This document shows, one piece after another, positions 9,887-20,309 of a stretch of 64,000 nucleotides of DNA. The DNA is from Desulfomonilia bacterium (lineage in GTDB: Bacteria > Desulfobacterota > Desulfomonilia > UBA1062). Positions within the stretch are counted from its first letter, which is position 1; each line of letters begins with the position of its first letter. Made by a program: the position numbers and the translations under genes. The stretch is taken from the NCBI GenBank assembly GCA_963664325.2, contig CAXXDQ010000004.1:832001-896000 (forward strand). Reading direction: 5' to 3'. The notes beneath the pieces were generated by a model that had not been told where the DNA came from, searched no databases, and saw only the letters and a program-made list of their open reading frames with translations.

Positions 9887-10435
9887 ATGATTACCAAGAC
9901 TATCATGAGCGGTATCGGCGGACAGGGGATCCTATTCTCAGGTATCTGCCTCGCATGGGCTGCAATGGAGGAGGGACAGCATGTCACTTATCTTCCTTCT
10001 TACGGGGCGGAAATGAGAGGTGGGATAACATCCTGTACCATAGCTATTTCCAATGACGAGGAAATAGCTTCACCTGTATCCTCCGAACCCGACTATCTGG
10101 TAATAATGGACAATCAGTCTCTTTTCAGGCTGCAGAACCAGATCGTGCCTGGAGGAGTGTTATATCTTAACAGCAATATGGTAACTGACAGGCCGATCAG
10201 GAGCGATATAGAAGTTGTTGATATCCCTGTAAATGACATTGCATTGGCCACTGTCGGTCTTAGATATGCAAATATGATAATGCTTGGCGCATTCGTAGGG
10301 CACACACATTTAATAAAGATTTCTTCAATTACAGATCACATGGCCGATATACTTGGAAAAGGGAAGGACAGGTTCAAGGATAAAAATATCGAAGCCATAC
10401 AGGCAGGAAACAACTTATTTTCAAAGGGGATTTAA
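9887..10435 (+). CDS. 2-oxoacid:ferredoxin oxidoreductase gamma subunit
   Basis: GIGGQG, PSYGAEMRGG, NMIMLGA. Confidence 0.93.
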   Translation: MITKTIMSGIGGQGILFSGICLAWAAMEEGQHVTYLPSYGAEMRGGITSCTIAISNDEEIASPVSSEPDYLVIMDNQSLFRLQNQIVPGGVLYLNSNMVTDRPIRSDIEVVDIPVNDIALATVGLRYANMIMLGAFVGHTHLIKISSITDHMADILGKGKDRFKDKNIEAIQAGNNLFSKGI

Positions 10436-10436
10436 A

Positions 10437-10865
10437 ATGCCAGTCAAACAGTTTCGAATCAAGATGGAAAATAAATCCGGAAAACTCTCCAGTCTCAGTG
10501 AAATCCTGGGTGAACAGGGGGTTAATATTAGAGCTATCTGTGTGAGTCATATGGCCAGCGAGGCCAGTAATGTCTGCATTGTCGTCGATGATCCCAAAAG
10601 GGCGAAAGACGCTCTGAAAGCAAGGAGCATAGAATATACCGAACATGAAGTTCTCGCTGTTGAGATGCCAGATCACCCCGGCGGTATGAATGCAGTTCTC
10701 AAACCTTTAAGAGATGCTAATATAAATGCAATAACGGTATATCCGTATATCGGCAGGGCGTCTAACCCTATTATGATTATTGAAGTGGATCATATCAAGA
10801 AAGCTACTGATGTTCTCAATCATAACTGGGTCAAGGTCTGGGATAAAAGTGTTTATAAGCTATAA
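10437..10865 (+). CDS. Tandem ACT domain protein
   Basis: ENKSGKL...VNIRA and [11 protein letters not shown] motifs; ATG at 10437 after a GGGG SD. Confidence 0.85.
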   Translation: MPVKQFRIKMENKSGKLSSLSEILGEQGVNIRAICVSHMASEASNVCIVVDDPKRAKDALKARSIEYTEHEVLAVEMPDHPGGMNAVLKPLRDANINAITVYPYIGRASNPIMIIEVDHIKKATDVLNHNWVKVWDKSVYKL

Positions 10866-10885
10866 CGCCTTTCTGTGAAGAGAAC

Positions 10886-11311
10886 ATGTCATACATAATA
10901 ACAGAAAAATGCAAGGGTTGCGGTTCATGCGCAAAGGTCTGTCCGACTTCTGCAATTTCAGGAGAGAAAAAGGCGCTGCATTTAATAGATAAAAGCAAGT
11001 GCATTGAATGCGGTGTCTGCGGAAGGATTTGCCCTACGGCAGAGGCTGTTCTAGATGAAAAAGGTAATTACTGCGAGAGGATCAAAAAGTCCGAATGGCC
11101 AAAACCGGTAGTCATACGCTCCGTATGTTCCGCTTGCAGCATATGTATTGATATGTGCCCGTTTGACTGCCTGGGCTTGACTGAGCCCGAGGAGTTTCCA
11201 AGAACGATTAAGTCAAATGCAAGGCTGATTGATGATAAAGCCTGCGTGGGATGCAGCATATGTATTAATGCATGTCCACAGGAAGCAATGTATCTGGCAA
11301 GGACTTTATAA
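10886..11311 (+). CDS. Polyferredoxin with four [4Fe-4S] motifs
   Basis: Four CxxCxxCxxxCP motifs. Confidence 0.9.
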   Translation: MSYIITEKCKGCGSCAKVCPTSAISGEKKALHLIDKSKCIECGVCGRICPTAEAVLDEKGNYCERIKKSEWPKPVVIRSVCSACSICIDMCPFDCLGLTEPEEFPRTIKSNARLIDDKACVGCSICINACPQEAMYLARTL

Positions 11312-11926
11312 TCCCCTTTTCATCCTTTTCAGGGCAACCTGTCCGACCTTTACGGTCATTGCATAGCCTTCAAAAGCTGCATAAAAGATCCCAAAAACAG
11401 GCAGGAGTTTTAAAATCCTGTTTCTTGTCGGGAAAATCTTTGAAAGTAATCTATTAAACCCCTTGCTCAGATATTGGGGCGGTAAAACCCTGGTGACATA
11501 TTGTTCTGTTATTGTGGCTACATCGGCCTTATCAGTTTTATCTAGTAGTTCATATGCTTCGCCAAGAATCCTTATGACTTCCTCTTCAAGATTATCATCT
11601 CCGTTTCTTAAGCCGTTCATTAAAAGCAAGACAAGGGAAAGCTTTACACCCTGTTCAAGAATAAGAAAATTTTCAGTTCCCAGTAGAAAAAACGATACCA
11701 CTGTTCCTATACCGGGGAAAATTGATGGGGAATTTACAATCCCGCTTTTGAGAGCCTGTTCATTCGCCAGCTCTTCAATAATATCCTGCATGCATATGTT
11801 CAAGCCGTATTTCCCGGCATTTTCCAATGCATATATTGATAGTTTAGCAGCCCTGTTCAAGTTTCCTTTTACAAGATTATGAATCAATAAACCAAACTGT
11901 CCTGAGATTACATTTAATGTTGACAT
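11306..11926 (-). CDS. Hypothetical protein, possibly EcsC-like
   Basis: 206-aa ORF; FPGIGT and KLLPVFG resemble EcsC-type proteins. Confidence 0.55.
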   Translation of the reverse strand: MSTLNVISGQFGLLIHNLVKGNLNRAAKLSIYALENAGKYGLNICMQDIIEELANEQALKSGIVNSPSIFPGIGTVVSFFLLGTENFLILEQGVKLSLVLLLMNGLRNGDDNLEEEVIRILGEAYELLDKTDKADVATITEQYVTRVLPPQYLSKGFNRLLSKIFPTRNRILKLLPVFGIFYAAFEGYAMTVKVGQVALKRMKRGL

Positions 11927-12117
11927 ATTGCTCCATCAGCCTGAAATACCGTTGACATATAATTTTGCTGATTATATACACGATAATATTCATTAGTAAA
12001 GGGGACGGGAAAACGCATTGCCAACAGTTATCCAGCCCGCGATCTCGTTGTTTTTCCTCAAATGGAAAAGCAAGCCTTTAACAAATTAAAAGTTTATCAT
12101 GCCAAGGAGGTATAGTA

Positions 12118-13302
12118 ATGGCAATTAAATCCATCAAGGATCTCAACCTTAATGGAAAAAGGGTGCTCATAAGGGTTGATTTCAATGTGCCGCTGGACGA
12201 AACTTGCAATATTACCGATGATTCCCGCATAAAAGCTGCAATTCCGACGATAAAATATGCAGTTGATGCAGGTGCAAGAGTTATTGTCATGTCCCATCTC
12301 GGAAGACCTAAAGGCAAGATTGTCAAGTCGCAAAGTCTCATGCCAGTGGCCAGGAGACTCTCGGAACTCCTAGGTATTAGTGTAAATATGGCTCCTGACT
12401 GTGTAGGACCAAATGTTAAGAAGATGGTTGATAGTCTTAAACCTGGCGAAGTGCTGTTGCTCGAGAATCTCCGTTTTCACCCGGAAGAGGAGAAGAACGA
12501 TCCCGAATTTTCAAAACAGCTTGCCGGTCTTGCAGACTGCTATGTCAATGATGCCTTCGCAACGGCGCACAGGGCGCATGCATCAAACTCCGGTGTCTGC
12601 AATTACTTAAAGGAAACAGCAGCAGGATTTCTGATGCTCGGTGAGGTAACCAGCATTAACAGGGCTCTGAATAACGCCAAAAGACCGTTTGCCGCAGTAA
12701 TAGGTGGCGCAAAGGTTTCAGGTAAGCTTGAGATACTTGAAAACCTGGTAGATAAAGTTGACAAACTTATAATCGGTGGAGGCATGGCCTATACATTCCT
12801 GAAGGCTTTAGGATTCAATGTAGGCAAATCCCTTGTTGAGGAAGACCTTATAGATACGGCCAAATCCGTTATTGATAAAGCAGGGGCCAGAGGGGTGAAA
12901 ATATATCTGCCGGTGGACAGTGTATGTGCTGCGGAACTAAAGGAAGGGGTCCCTGCTTATATAAAAACAACCCAGGAACATCCCGAAGATCTTATGGGAC
13001 TTGATATTGGACCTGCTTCCCGGGTTCTTTACAGTGAGGCTATGACAGATTGCCAGACGATTGTCTGGAACGGGCCAATGGGAGTATTTGAAATAAAGGC
13101 TTTCTCTGAAGGAACGATGAAAATTGCACAAGCTATAGGCTCATCCAAGGGCTTTACAATAGTGGGAGGAGGGGATACTGATGCAGCATTGCATAAGAGC
13201 GGCAATTATGACAAGGTCAGCTTTGTTTCGACTGCAGGTGGTGCCTTCCTCGAGATGTTTGAAGGAAAAGTGCTGCCGGGTGTAGCCGTTCTGGACAAAT
13301 AA
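12118..13302 (+). CDS. pgk: Phosphoglycerate kinase
   Basis: RVDFNVP, SHLGRP, LENLRF, WNGPMGVFE, GGGDT. Confidence 0.98.
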   Translation: MAIKSIKDLNLNGKRVLIRVDFNVPLDETCNITDDSRIKAAIPTIKYAVDAGARVIVMSHLGRPKGKIVKSQSLMPVARRLSELLGISVNMAPDCVGPNVKKMVDSLKPGEVLLLENLRFHPEEEKNDPEFSKQLAGLADCYVNDAFATAHRAHASNSGVCNYLKETAAGFLMLGEVTSINRALNNAKRPFAAVIGGAKVSGKLEILENLVDKVDKLIIGGGMAYTFLKALGFNVGKSLVEEDLIDTAKSVIDKAGARGVKIYLPVDSVCAAELKEGVPAYIKTTQEHPEDLMGLDIGPASRVLYSEAMTDCQTIVWNGPMGVFEIKAFSEGTMKIAQAIGSSKGFTIVGGGDTDAALHKSGNYDKVSFVSTAGGAFLEMFEGKVLPGVAVLDK

Positions 13303-13326
13303 TCATTATCCCTGGAGGCATAAAAC

Positions 13327-14082
13327 ATGAGGAGAAAAGTAATTGCCGGCAACTGGAAAATGTATAAATCCCAAGGCGAAGCGAAGGACTTTGCATTAGA
13401 ATTGAAAGGCCTAGTATCTGATATAAAGGACAGGGAAATTATTATCTGTCCGCCATTTGTTCATATCAGCACCCTGGTTGAGACCTTCGCAGGATCACCC
13501 GTAAAAACAGGCGCGCAGAATCTCTTCTGGGAAGATGAAGGGGCCTATACGGCGGAGATCAGCGGTCCTATGCTCAAATCCGTTGGGGCAAGCCATGTCA
13601 TAATTGGCCATTCCGAGAGGAGGCAATATTTTAATGAAACGGATGAAACAGTAAATAAAAGGCTCTATGCCGCTTTAAAAAACGGGCTTATCCCGATTGT
13701 ATGCGTCGGAGAAACACTTGAACAGCGGGATATCGGATCGACATTCAATGTTATTGACACTCAGGTGAAAAATGGGCTAAAGGGGCTTGCTGGCGGTGAT
13801 GTTTTCAGGCTGGTAGTTGCCTATGAACCTGTATGGGCAATCGGTACCGGGAAGACAGCCACTCCTGAGATAGCACAGGAAGTCCATGCCTATATCAGGT
13901 CCATATTGTCTGATATGTTTGGAAGCGGGCCATCGGAAAGCATACCTGTTCTATATGGCGGGAGCGTTAAACCTGATAATATAGATATTTTGATGGCACA
14001 GAAAGATATTGACGGTGCGCTTGTAGGCGGTGCCAGCCTGAAGGTTGATTCTTTTGAGCGTATAGTAAAATACAGGAGTTGA
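13327..14082 (+). CDS. tpiA: Triosephosphate isomerase
   Basis: AGNWKM, GHSERR, AYEPVWAIGTG, YGGSV. Confidence 0.98.
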   Translation: MRRKVIAGNWKMYKSQGEAKDFALELKGLVSDIKDREIIICPPFVHISTLVETFAGSPVKTGAQNLFWEDEGAYTAEISGPMLKSVGASHVIIGHSERRQYFNETDETVNKRLYAALKNGLIPIVCVGETLEQRDIGSTFNVIDTQVKNGLKGLAGGDVFRLVVAYEPVWAIGTGKTATPEIAQEVHAYIRSILSDMFGSGPSESIPVLYGGSVKPDNIDILMAQKDIDGALVGGASLKVDSFERIVKYRS

Positions 14083-14087
14083 TTATT

Positions 14088-14474
14088 ATGTATGGAATTT
14101 TGCTTATAATACACATTCTGGTTGCAGCATTGCTTATCATATCAATACTGCTCCAGGCGGGAAAAGGCTCCGATCTGGGTGCTGTATTCGGAGGAAGCGG
14201 TTCACAAGCTCTTTTTGGATCAGCAGGACCAATGGATTTTATTAAAAAGGCAACAATAGTTCTTGTAACGCTTTTTATGATAAATTCACTGTTGCTCGGT
14301 TATGTGGTTAAGGCAAGACCTACTTCAAGCGTTATGTCTACAACCACGAAAGCCAAAGCAACTCAGACAACGCCAATCTCTGCCAAAAAACCAGTTATCC
14401 CGGCTGTTCCGGCAGCGCCACAGCAGGCAAAACCTGTCCCAGCCGCACCGCAAACTCCAGCACCTGCAAAATAA
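14088..14474 (+). CDS. secG: Preprotein translocase SecG with Pro/Ala-rich tail
   Basis: ILLQAGKGSDLGAVFGG, two TM helices, position after tpiA. Confidence 0.93.
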   Translation: MYGILLIIHILVAALLIISILLQAGKGSDLGAVFGGSGSQALFGSAGPMDFIKKATIVLVTLFMINSLLLGYVVKARPTSSVMSTTTKAKATQTTPISAKKPVIPAVPAAPQQAKPVPAAPQTPAPAK

Positions 14475-14492
14475 CAATTTAAGAAAATCCCA

Positions 14493-14525
14493 CACGCGGT
14501 TTGGTCTATAAGACCATATCGCGTG
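14493..14525. terminator. Hairpin between convergent secG and the HD gene
   Basis: CACGCGGT-TTGGTCT-ATA-AGACCA-TATCGCGTG imperfect stem. Confidence 0.45.
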
Positions 14526-14564
14526 ATTTAAACCAATACCGGGTTCTTATCTTTTACCAAATTC

Positions 14565-14984
14565 CTAAAGTTTACCGGAAAGCCTGATCCATGCCCTGTG
14601 ATATTTGGCAAGTCTTTCAACTGCATCATTATCAACAGCCTTTATTCGTTTCATATCCATATTATCTTCCAGGTCGGCGAGTTTGATCTTTAGTGCAAGC
14701 GGATTTACTGCTGCTCTTTCAATGTAGGCCTCATAGGTTTCGTTATCCCTTCTGGTGAGACAGTCGAGTGCTGCAATTATATTATGGGGAAAGCCTTCCG
14801 CTTCAAGGGCTTCTAAGGTCCAGTCAGTATCTTCAACCACATCGTGGAGGATGGCTGTTATCATTTCTTCTTCAGAGCATGTTTTCATCATTAGCCTTAT
14901 TGGATGAAGAATGTAAGGTGATCCGTATCTGTCTTTTTGCCCGGAATGGGCAGCTGATGAGATTGCAATTGCCTTATCCAACAT
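14565..14984 (-). CDS. Stand-alone HD-domain protein (RelA/SpoT hydrolase-like)
   Basis: AHSGQ, PYILHP, LHDVVED, KLADLEDN. Confidence 0.85.
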   Translation of the reverse strand: MLDKAIAISSAAHSGQKDRYGSPYILHPIRLMMKTCSEEEMITAILHDVVEDTDWTLEALEAEGFPHNIIAALDCLTRRDNETYEAYIERAAVNPLALKIKLADLEDNMDMKRIKAVDNDAVERLAKYHRAWIRLSGKL

Positions 14985-15029
14985 AGATGATCATTGAGTG
15001 ATTCATGCTTTAATATTTTTAGGTGCGGC

Positions 15030-16439
15030 CTACATATAGCTCGAACCGTCCCAGCAGTGCGTGCAAAGCTTGTCTTTCGGCAGCCCTATCGCATCAACAA
15101 GATCGTCAAGGCGCTGATATTTCAATGTTGTCAGTTTAAGCCTTTTTCGAATGCATTCGACCATTTCCTCATATTTCTCTGAATCCGCTTTTGCATATTC
15201 GTGAAGACAGTCACATTTCTCTGGGTCGACTCCAAGTTCTTTCATCGCCGTTCTGCTGGCAAGGTCGAGAGACGAACGTGAGCGCGAGAAGTTGAGGAAT
15301 TCGCACGGGTAGACAAGAGGGGGACAGGCGACACGCATGTGTATTTCGGATGCGCCGCAGCTGTAAAGGATCTGGACATTGTCTTTTAGCTGTGTTCCCC
15401 GCACGATTGAATCATCGCAGAATACAAGTCGCTTGCCCTCGATGAGCGCCCTGTTGGGAATGAGCTTCATCTTGGCCACCAAGTCTCGCATTTCCTGGTT
15501 TTGCGGCATAAAACTCCTGGGCCATGTAGGTGTGTATTTCACATATGGCCTCATGTAAGCTATATGGCGCTCGTTCGCATAACCTATCGCATGGCCGATT
15601 CCGGAATCAGGTATCCCCGAAACGATGTCAGCCGGCATGCTGTCGTTGCGCCCCAGTGCGTTTCCGCATCTGTACCTGACATATTCCACATTGATGCCTT
15701 CATAATTTGATGTGGGATAACCGTAGTACACCCATAAAAATGAGCAGACCTGCATCTTCTCGCCGGGAGCCTTTATGTGTTCAACACCGCCGGGGGTTAT
15801 AAGCACGATTTCACCGGGCCCGAGGCAATATTCCTCGATATAGCCCAGGTTAAGAAAGGCGCTGGATTCTGAACTGACGGCATAGGCGCCTTCTTTCTTT
15901 CCTATTATAATGGGTGTACGCCCAAGTTTATCGCGTGACGCGTATATGCCCTGCTCTGTAAGCAACAGGATAGAGCATGAACCTTTAACCATTTCCTGCG
16001 CATAGGCAAGCCCCTCGGAGTATGAACCCTGCTCACATATGGTTACGGCCACAAGCTCGGTCGGGTTTATGTCATCGCCTGATGTTTCGGTGAAATAGTT
16101 TTTGTGGTTAAACGCAAGCTCTGCAAGTTCTGTTGTGTTGTTGATCTTTGATACTGTCACAATCCCAAATCTGCCGAGATGAGAGTTCAGGACTAAAGGC
16201 TGCGCATCTGTATCGCTAATGACACCGATACCTGTATTGCCTTCAAATTCGGTCAGATCAGGCTCAAACTTGTTTCTGAAATAAGCGTTTTCGATGTTGT
16301 GGATGGACCTTTTGAACGAGTGGTTCTTCAAGACAGCCATACCGCCTCGCATAGTGCCCAGGTGTGAGTGATAATCGGTACCGTAAAACAACTCTTTAAC
16401 ACAATCGCTTTTTGAAGCTACACCGAAAAATCCGCCCAT
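15030..16439 (-). CDS. purF: Amidophosphoribosyltransferase, variant without N-terminal Cys
   Basis: PDSG, DDSIVRGT PRPP motif, Fe-S cysteines (ACPP, CTHCW); begins MGGFFG after a GGAGG SD. Confidence 0.9.
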   Translation of the reverse strand: MGGFFGVASKSDCVKELFYGTDYHSHLGTMRGGMAVLKNHSFKRSIHNIENAYFRNKFEPDLTEFEGNTGIGVISDTDAQPLVLNSHLGRFGIVTVSKINNTTELAELAFNHKNYFTETSGDDINPTELVAVTICEQGSYSEGLAYAQEMVKGSCSILLLTEQGIYASRDKLGRTPIIIGKKEGAYAVSSESSAFLNLGYIEEYCLGPGEIVLITPGGVEHIKAPGEKMQVCSFLWVYYGYPTSNYEGINVEYVRYRCGNALGRNDSMPADIVSGIPDSGIGHAIGYANERHIAYMRPYVKYTPTWPRSFMPQNQEMRDLVAKMKLIPNRALIEGKRLVFCDDSIVRGTQLKDNVQILYSCGASEIHMRVACPPLVYPCEFLNFSRSRSSLDLASRTAMKELGVDPEKCDCLHEYAKADSEKYEEMVECIRKRLKLTTLKYQRLDDLVDAIGLPKDKLCTHCWDGSSYM

Positions 16440-16682
16440 GTTTCCTCCATGTATTAATTTGCCGACAGGCAAAATAGACGAGATATTTATGTCAGAGAAA
16501 AGATATCAGTACAAGCAGGAAGTCTCTTTAATTTTTATGGATTCGTAAAAGGCCTTCTGTGAATATAAGTCCTGTATTGTTTACTGGAAAGTTTATTTCG
16601 AAATATTACAGCAAGGGATTAATTATCAAATTCTCAAGCGATAATATCCGGATTTCTTTTTAAATTTTCAATTTTCCGCAAG

Positions 16683-16787
16683 CTATGATTTGTGATGCTG
16701 CAAGGTACTGTTCGTTGCATGGGCTTTAAATGCAAACCTTACTGTAATTGCCAGAAAAGCGGTTATTCCTATTGCTGTGAATATCAT
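16683..16787 (-). CDS. 34-aa single-TM small protein (not in the ORF track)
   Basis: MIFTAIGITAFLAITVRFAFKAHATNSTLQHHKS; ATGA overlap with the upstream stop and AGGAGG SD. Confidence 0.6.
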   Translation of the reverse strand: MIFTAIGITAFLAITVRFAFKAHATNSTLQHHKS

Positions 16788-17023
16788 CTTTTTACCCTCC
16801 TTTCCGAGATTGCTTCCTGGATGAAACCTTTGAAGCCCAGTATGATACCGGCAATAAGGAAAAGGAAAGTGAAGTTGGGCGCCAAGCCTGTTACCTTATC
16901 AATGTACATACCAAGATAAAGTCCAAGAAAAGTCACGATAACAAGCACCAGTCCATGAGCACTGATCCTTGTTATCTTCTGCAAGAGTTCCCTTGAGAAC
17001 TTTTCTTTTTTGATATTTTTCAT
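16784..17023 (-). CDS. AtpZ/AtpI-like (ATPase gene 1 family) small membrane protein
   Basis: GLYLGMYIDK..GLAP.F..LFL..GI..GF two-helix signature. Confidence 0.75.
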   Translation of the reverse strand: MKNIKKEKFSRELLQKITRISAHGLVLVIVTFLGLYLGMYIDKVTGLAPNFTFLFLIAGIILGFKGFIQEAISERRVKR

Positions 17024-17055
17024 GGCACCCTCTTTTTTGTTATTTTAAATATCCC

Positions 17056-17232
17056 TTAGAAAAGAAGCGCAATCAGTTGTCTTGCCGGTGCTGTATTTAC
17101 CGAGATCAAAGTGACGATAAGTACGTATACTGCTGCAGCCTCAACAGGTGTAAGCCCCAGAACCTTGTATGTGAACCTTACTCCGATTCCTGTTATAAAT
17201 AAGCATCCTATTACTATCCAAAGTGTAAGCAT
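17056..17232 (-). CDS. 58-aa two-TM small membrane protein
   Basis: MLTLWIVIGCLFITGIGVRFTYKVLG...; AAGGAG SD. Confidence 0.7.
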   Translation of the reverse strand: MLTLWIVIGCLFITGIGVRFTYKVLGLTPVEAAAVYVLIVTLISVNTAPARQLIALLF

Positions 17233-17270
17233 CTTGCTTCTCCTTTCGTTTGTTTTACTGATGAACATGG

Positions 17271-17286
17271 AGCAATGACCATGCCA
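17271..17286 (-). promoter_or_regulatory. Sigma54 (-24/-12) promoter
   Basis: TGGCATGGTCATTGCT (GG-N10-GC), about 40 bp upstream of the 58-aa ORF. Confidence 0.8.
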
Positions 17287-17350
17287 GGTTTTGAACATAT
17301 GCAACACTCTGAAATTACAAAGTTATTTTATATAGCTGCAAAGCATATAG

Positions 17351-17447
17351 TGCCACAATGACAAAATGGCTTTTCCTTCGGCAGCCGGTATGTGACAATT
17401 TGTCAATCGGCCATGATGTGCTCTCGGTCTATTATGACATGGTGTCA
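17351..17447. promoter_or_regulatory. Three palindromic enhancer-like sites TGACA-N3-TGTCA
   Basis: Perfect copies at 17393-17405 and 17435-17447, degenerate TGCCA-CAA-TGACA at 17351-17363; centres 42 bp apart. Confidence 0.7.
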
Positions 17448-17546
17448 AAGACCCGGGTTGAGCGAGTTTTAAAAAGGATTGACTTTAACAGTGCCGTACC
17501 GCACATCTATATAAAATCTTTTCGATAATCCCGCAGGAGGTGCTTC

Positions 17547-20303
17547 TTGGCAAACTGGCATTCGTTAAAGGCGTCATCTGTCTTTGATGAGCTGAAGACT
17601 TCGATAAACGGCCTGTCGAATAGTGATGCCGCCAGACGTCTTGCAGAGGACGGCCCTAATGAACTCAAAGAGCAGGGATCAAAAAATCCTTTAAAAATCC
17701 TGTGGGAACAGTTTACGGCATTCATGGTTTTGATTCTTATAGTGGCTGCCATAATTTCATTTTTTCTGGGTGAGCATATTGATGCTACGGCCATATTGGT
17801 TATTGTGATCGTGAACGGCATATTGGGTTTCCGCCAGGAGTACAAGGCAGAGAAGGCCATGGCTGCCTTAAAAAAAATGTCTGTCCCTATTGTCAGGCTC
17901 AAACGCGAAGGCCGGGTGATGGAGATTCCATCACTGGAAATTGTTCGTGGAGACATTGTACTTCTGGAAGCGGGGAACCTCGTTCCAGCCGATGGAAGGC
18001 TTATTGAATCGGCCAATCTGCGCATTCAGGAGGCTGCGCTTACCGGAGAAAGCGAGCCTGTCGAAAAATATGAAGATATTGTAACAGGCGAGAATATCCC
18101 TCTGGGTGACAGAAAGAACATGGCATATATGGGCACGGTCGTGACATATGGCCGTGGCCAGGCGGTTGTCACTGCCACGGGTATGTCAACTGAGCTCGGC
18201 AATATTGCATCAATGCTTCAGAAAGTGGGAGGCGAGCAGACTCCGCTTCAAAACAGGCTCGATCAGCTGGGTAAAAAACTTGCGCTAATCGCAGCAGTCC
18301 TTGTTGGGATAATTTTTATTGAAGGGCTCATTATTGAGGGCAGGGGTGCCATAAAAGAGCTTTTCCTGACCGCTGTAAGCATGGCTGTTGCCGCGGTGCC
18401 GGAAGGACTTCCAGCCGTAGTTACGATAGCCCTTGCGATCGGGGCTCAGCGGATGCTCAGGCGCAGGGCTCTCATTCGCAAACTGCCTGCAGTTGAAACG
18501 CTTGGCTCGGTAACAGTCATATGTTCGGACAAGACAGGGACTCTTACTGAAAATGTCATGACAGTAACAATGCTTGATGTAGCCGGGCATACCCTTGACC
18601 TTACCGAACACCTGAAAAAGGCTAGTCCTTTTCTGAATTCCGGTGATCCTGATATTCCAAAGGATAAAATTCACGCCATGACGCTGCTTCTAGCCGGTGG
18701 TGCGCTGTGCAATGACGCAGAACTGAGGGTTGACCCCTCAACAGCCAATATCAGTGCAATAGGCGATCCGACGGAAGGGGCCATTGTTGTTGCTGCAATG
18801 AAAGCGGGGCTTTCAAAGACCGATATGGAGAAAAACCTGCAAAGGGTTCTTGAACTGCCGTTTGATTCCGAACGCAAACGCATGACGACCGTTCATGGAA
18901 TATCCAAGGAAAAGCTCAGCACAGAGATGAAAGAATGGCATGTGAACTTTGGATCGCCTTCATATGTAGCATTTACAAAAGGTGCTGTCGACCAGCTGCT
19001 TGATGCAACAGCATCGGTCTTGAACGACGGTGTTGTCAAGCCTCTTGATGACGGGATACGCGGAAAAATTCTGGCATCAAACAATTCAATGGCAGGCAAA
19101 GGCATGCGTATATTAGGTGTTGCCATGAAAGCTTTCAATGCAAAACCACATCAGGATGAGCTTGAAAAAGGCCTTGTATTTATAGGCATGGTCGGGATGA
19201 TTGACCCGCCGAGACAGGAAGTAAAAGAGTCTGTTAATACATGCAAGACGGCCGGCATCAGGCCTGTGATGATAACCGGTGATCATCCGCTTACGGCAGA
19301 GCACATTGCAAGGGAGCTGGGAATCTATGATGGCGGCAGGGTTATTACCGGCCGGGAACTTGCCTGCATGTCAATCGAAGAGCTGGAGAATGTTGTTGAT
19401 GATGTTTCAGTCTATGCAAGGGTATCTCCAGAACATAAACTTAATATAGTAAAAGCGCTGCAGGATAAGGGGCATATCGTGGCCATGACAGGCGACGGGG
19501 TGAATGATGCACCTGCGCTGAAAAAGGCGGATATCGGCGTCGCAATGGGCATTACAGGGACCGATGTCTCGAAAGAAGCTTCCGACATGGTATTGCTGGA
19601 TGATAATTTTGCCACAATTGTTGCGGCCGCCGAAGAAGGCCGTGCGATTTATGATAATATCCGGAAGTTCTTCAGATACCTTATGGGAACAAATGCAGGA
19701 GAGCTGATCGTAATGCTAACCGCCCCCTTTCTTGGCATGCCGCTTCCTCTGCTGCCCCTTCAGATATTATGGATGAACCTCGTAACGGACGGACTGCCGG
19801 CTCTTGCACTGGGTGTTGAGCCTTCGGAAAGGGATATCATGAAAAGACCACCATACCCGCCGAATGAAAGCGTGTTTTCAAGGGGTATGGCTGTCCATAT
19901 CCTGTGGGCGGGTTTGCTTATGGCCACAGTCACTCTCGGCATGGGCTACTGGGCCTGGTGGGAACATGGATTTACGGCGAAGGCATGGCCTGTCGTTCAG
20001 ACAATGATATTCACGACCATTACACTTACGCAGATGGGGAACGTTATGGCCGTGCGTTCAGAAAAACGCTCTCTCTTCGAGATCGGGGTTTTTACGAACA
20101 AACCCCTGCTGCTGGCAGTGTTGGCTACTGTTATACTCCAGATATTCCTTATATATACACCATTTATGCAGAAGATTTTCCGCACCATACCGCTCGATCC
20201 GATTGATTTTATCATCAGCATGGTTATGAGCACGGTTGTGTTTTTTGCAATTGAATTTGAAAAATGGCTTTTCAGGATCAAAGACTCTAGGCATAAGGCA
20301 TAG
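17547..20303 (+). CDS. Cation-translocating P-type ATPase (P2A, Ca2+-type)
   Basis: LTGES, VPEGL, DKTGT, KGA, MITGD, TGDGVND; multiple TM helices. Confidence 0.95.
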   Translation: MANWHSLKASSVFDELKTSINGLSNSDAARRLAEDGPNELKEQGSKNPLKILWEQFTAFMVLILIVAAIISFFLGEHIDATAILVIVIVNGILGFRQEYKAEKAMAALKKMSVPIVRLKREGRVMEIPSLEIVRGDIVLLEAGNLVPADGRLIESANLRIQEAALTGESEPVEKYEDIVTGENIPLGDRKNMAYMGTVVTYGRGQAVVTATGMSTELGNIASMLQKVGGEQTPLQNRLDQLGKKLALIAAVLVGIIFIEGLIIEGRGAIKELFLTAVSMAVAAVPEGLPAVVTIALAIGAQRMLRRRALIRKLPAVETLGSVTVICSDKTGTLTENVMTVTMLDVAGHTLDLTEHLKKASPFLNSGDPDIPKDKIHAMTLLLAGGALCNDAELRVDPSTANISAIGDPTEGAIVVAAMKAGLSKTDMEKNLQRVLELPFDSERKRMTTVHGISKEKLSTEMKEWHVNFGSPSYVAFTKGAVDQLLDATASVLNDGVVKPLDDGIRGKILASNNSMAGKGMRILGVAMKAFNAKPHQDELEKGLVFIGMVGMIDPPRQEVKESVNTCKTAGIRPVMITGDHPLTAEHIARELGIYDGGRVITGRELACMSIEELENVVDDVSVYARVSPEHKLNIVKALQDKGHIVAMTGDGVNDAPALKKADIGVAMGITGTDVSKEASDMVLLDDNFATIVAAAEEGRAIYDNIRKFFRYLMGTNAGELIVMLTAPFLGMPLPLLPLQILWMNLVTDGLPALALGVEPSERDIMKRPPYPPNESVFSRGMAVHILWAGLLMATVTLGMGYWAWWEHGFTAKAWPVVQTMIFTTITLTQMGNVMAVRSEKRSLFEIGVFTNKPLLLAVLATVILQIFLIYTPFMQKIFRTIPLDPIDFIISMVMSTVVFFAIEFEKWLFRIKDSRHKA

Positions 20304-20309
20304 GTAATC

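Noticed and set aside
17337-17356. Second sigma54-like TGGCAC...TTGCA
   Set aside because: GG-GC spacing is not 10 nt; it overlaps the degenerate enhancer site instead
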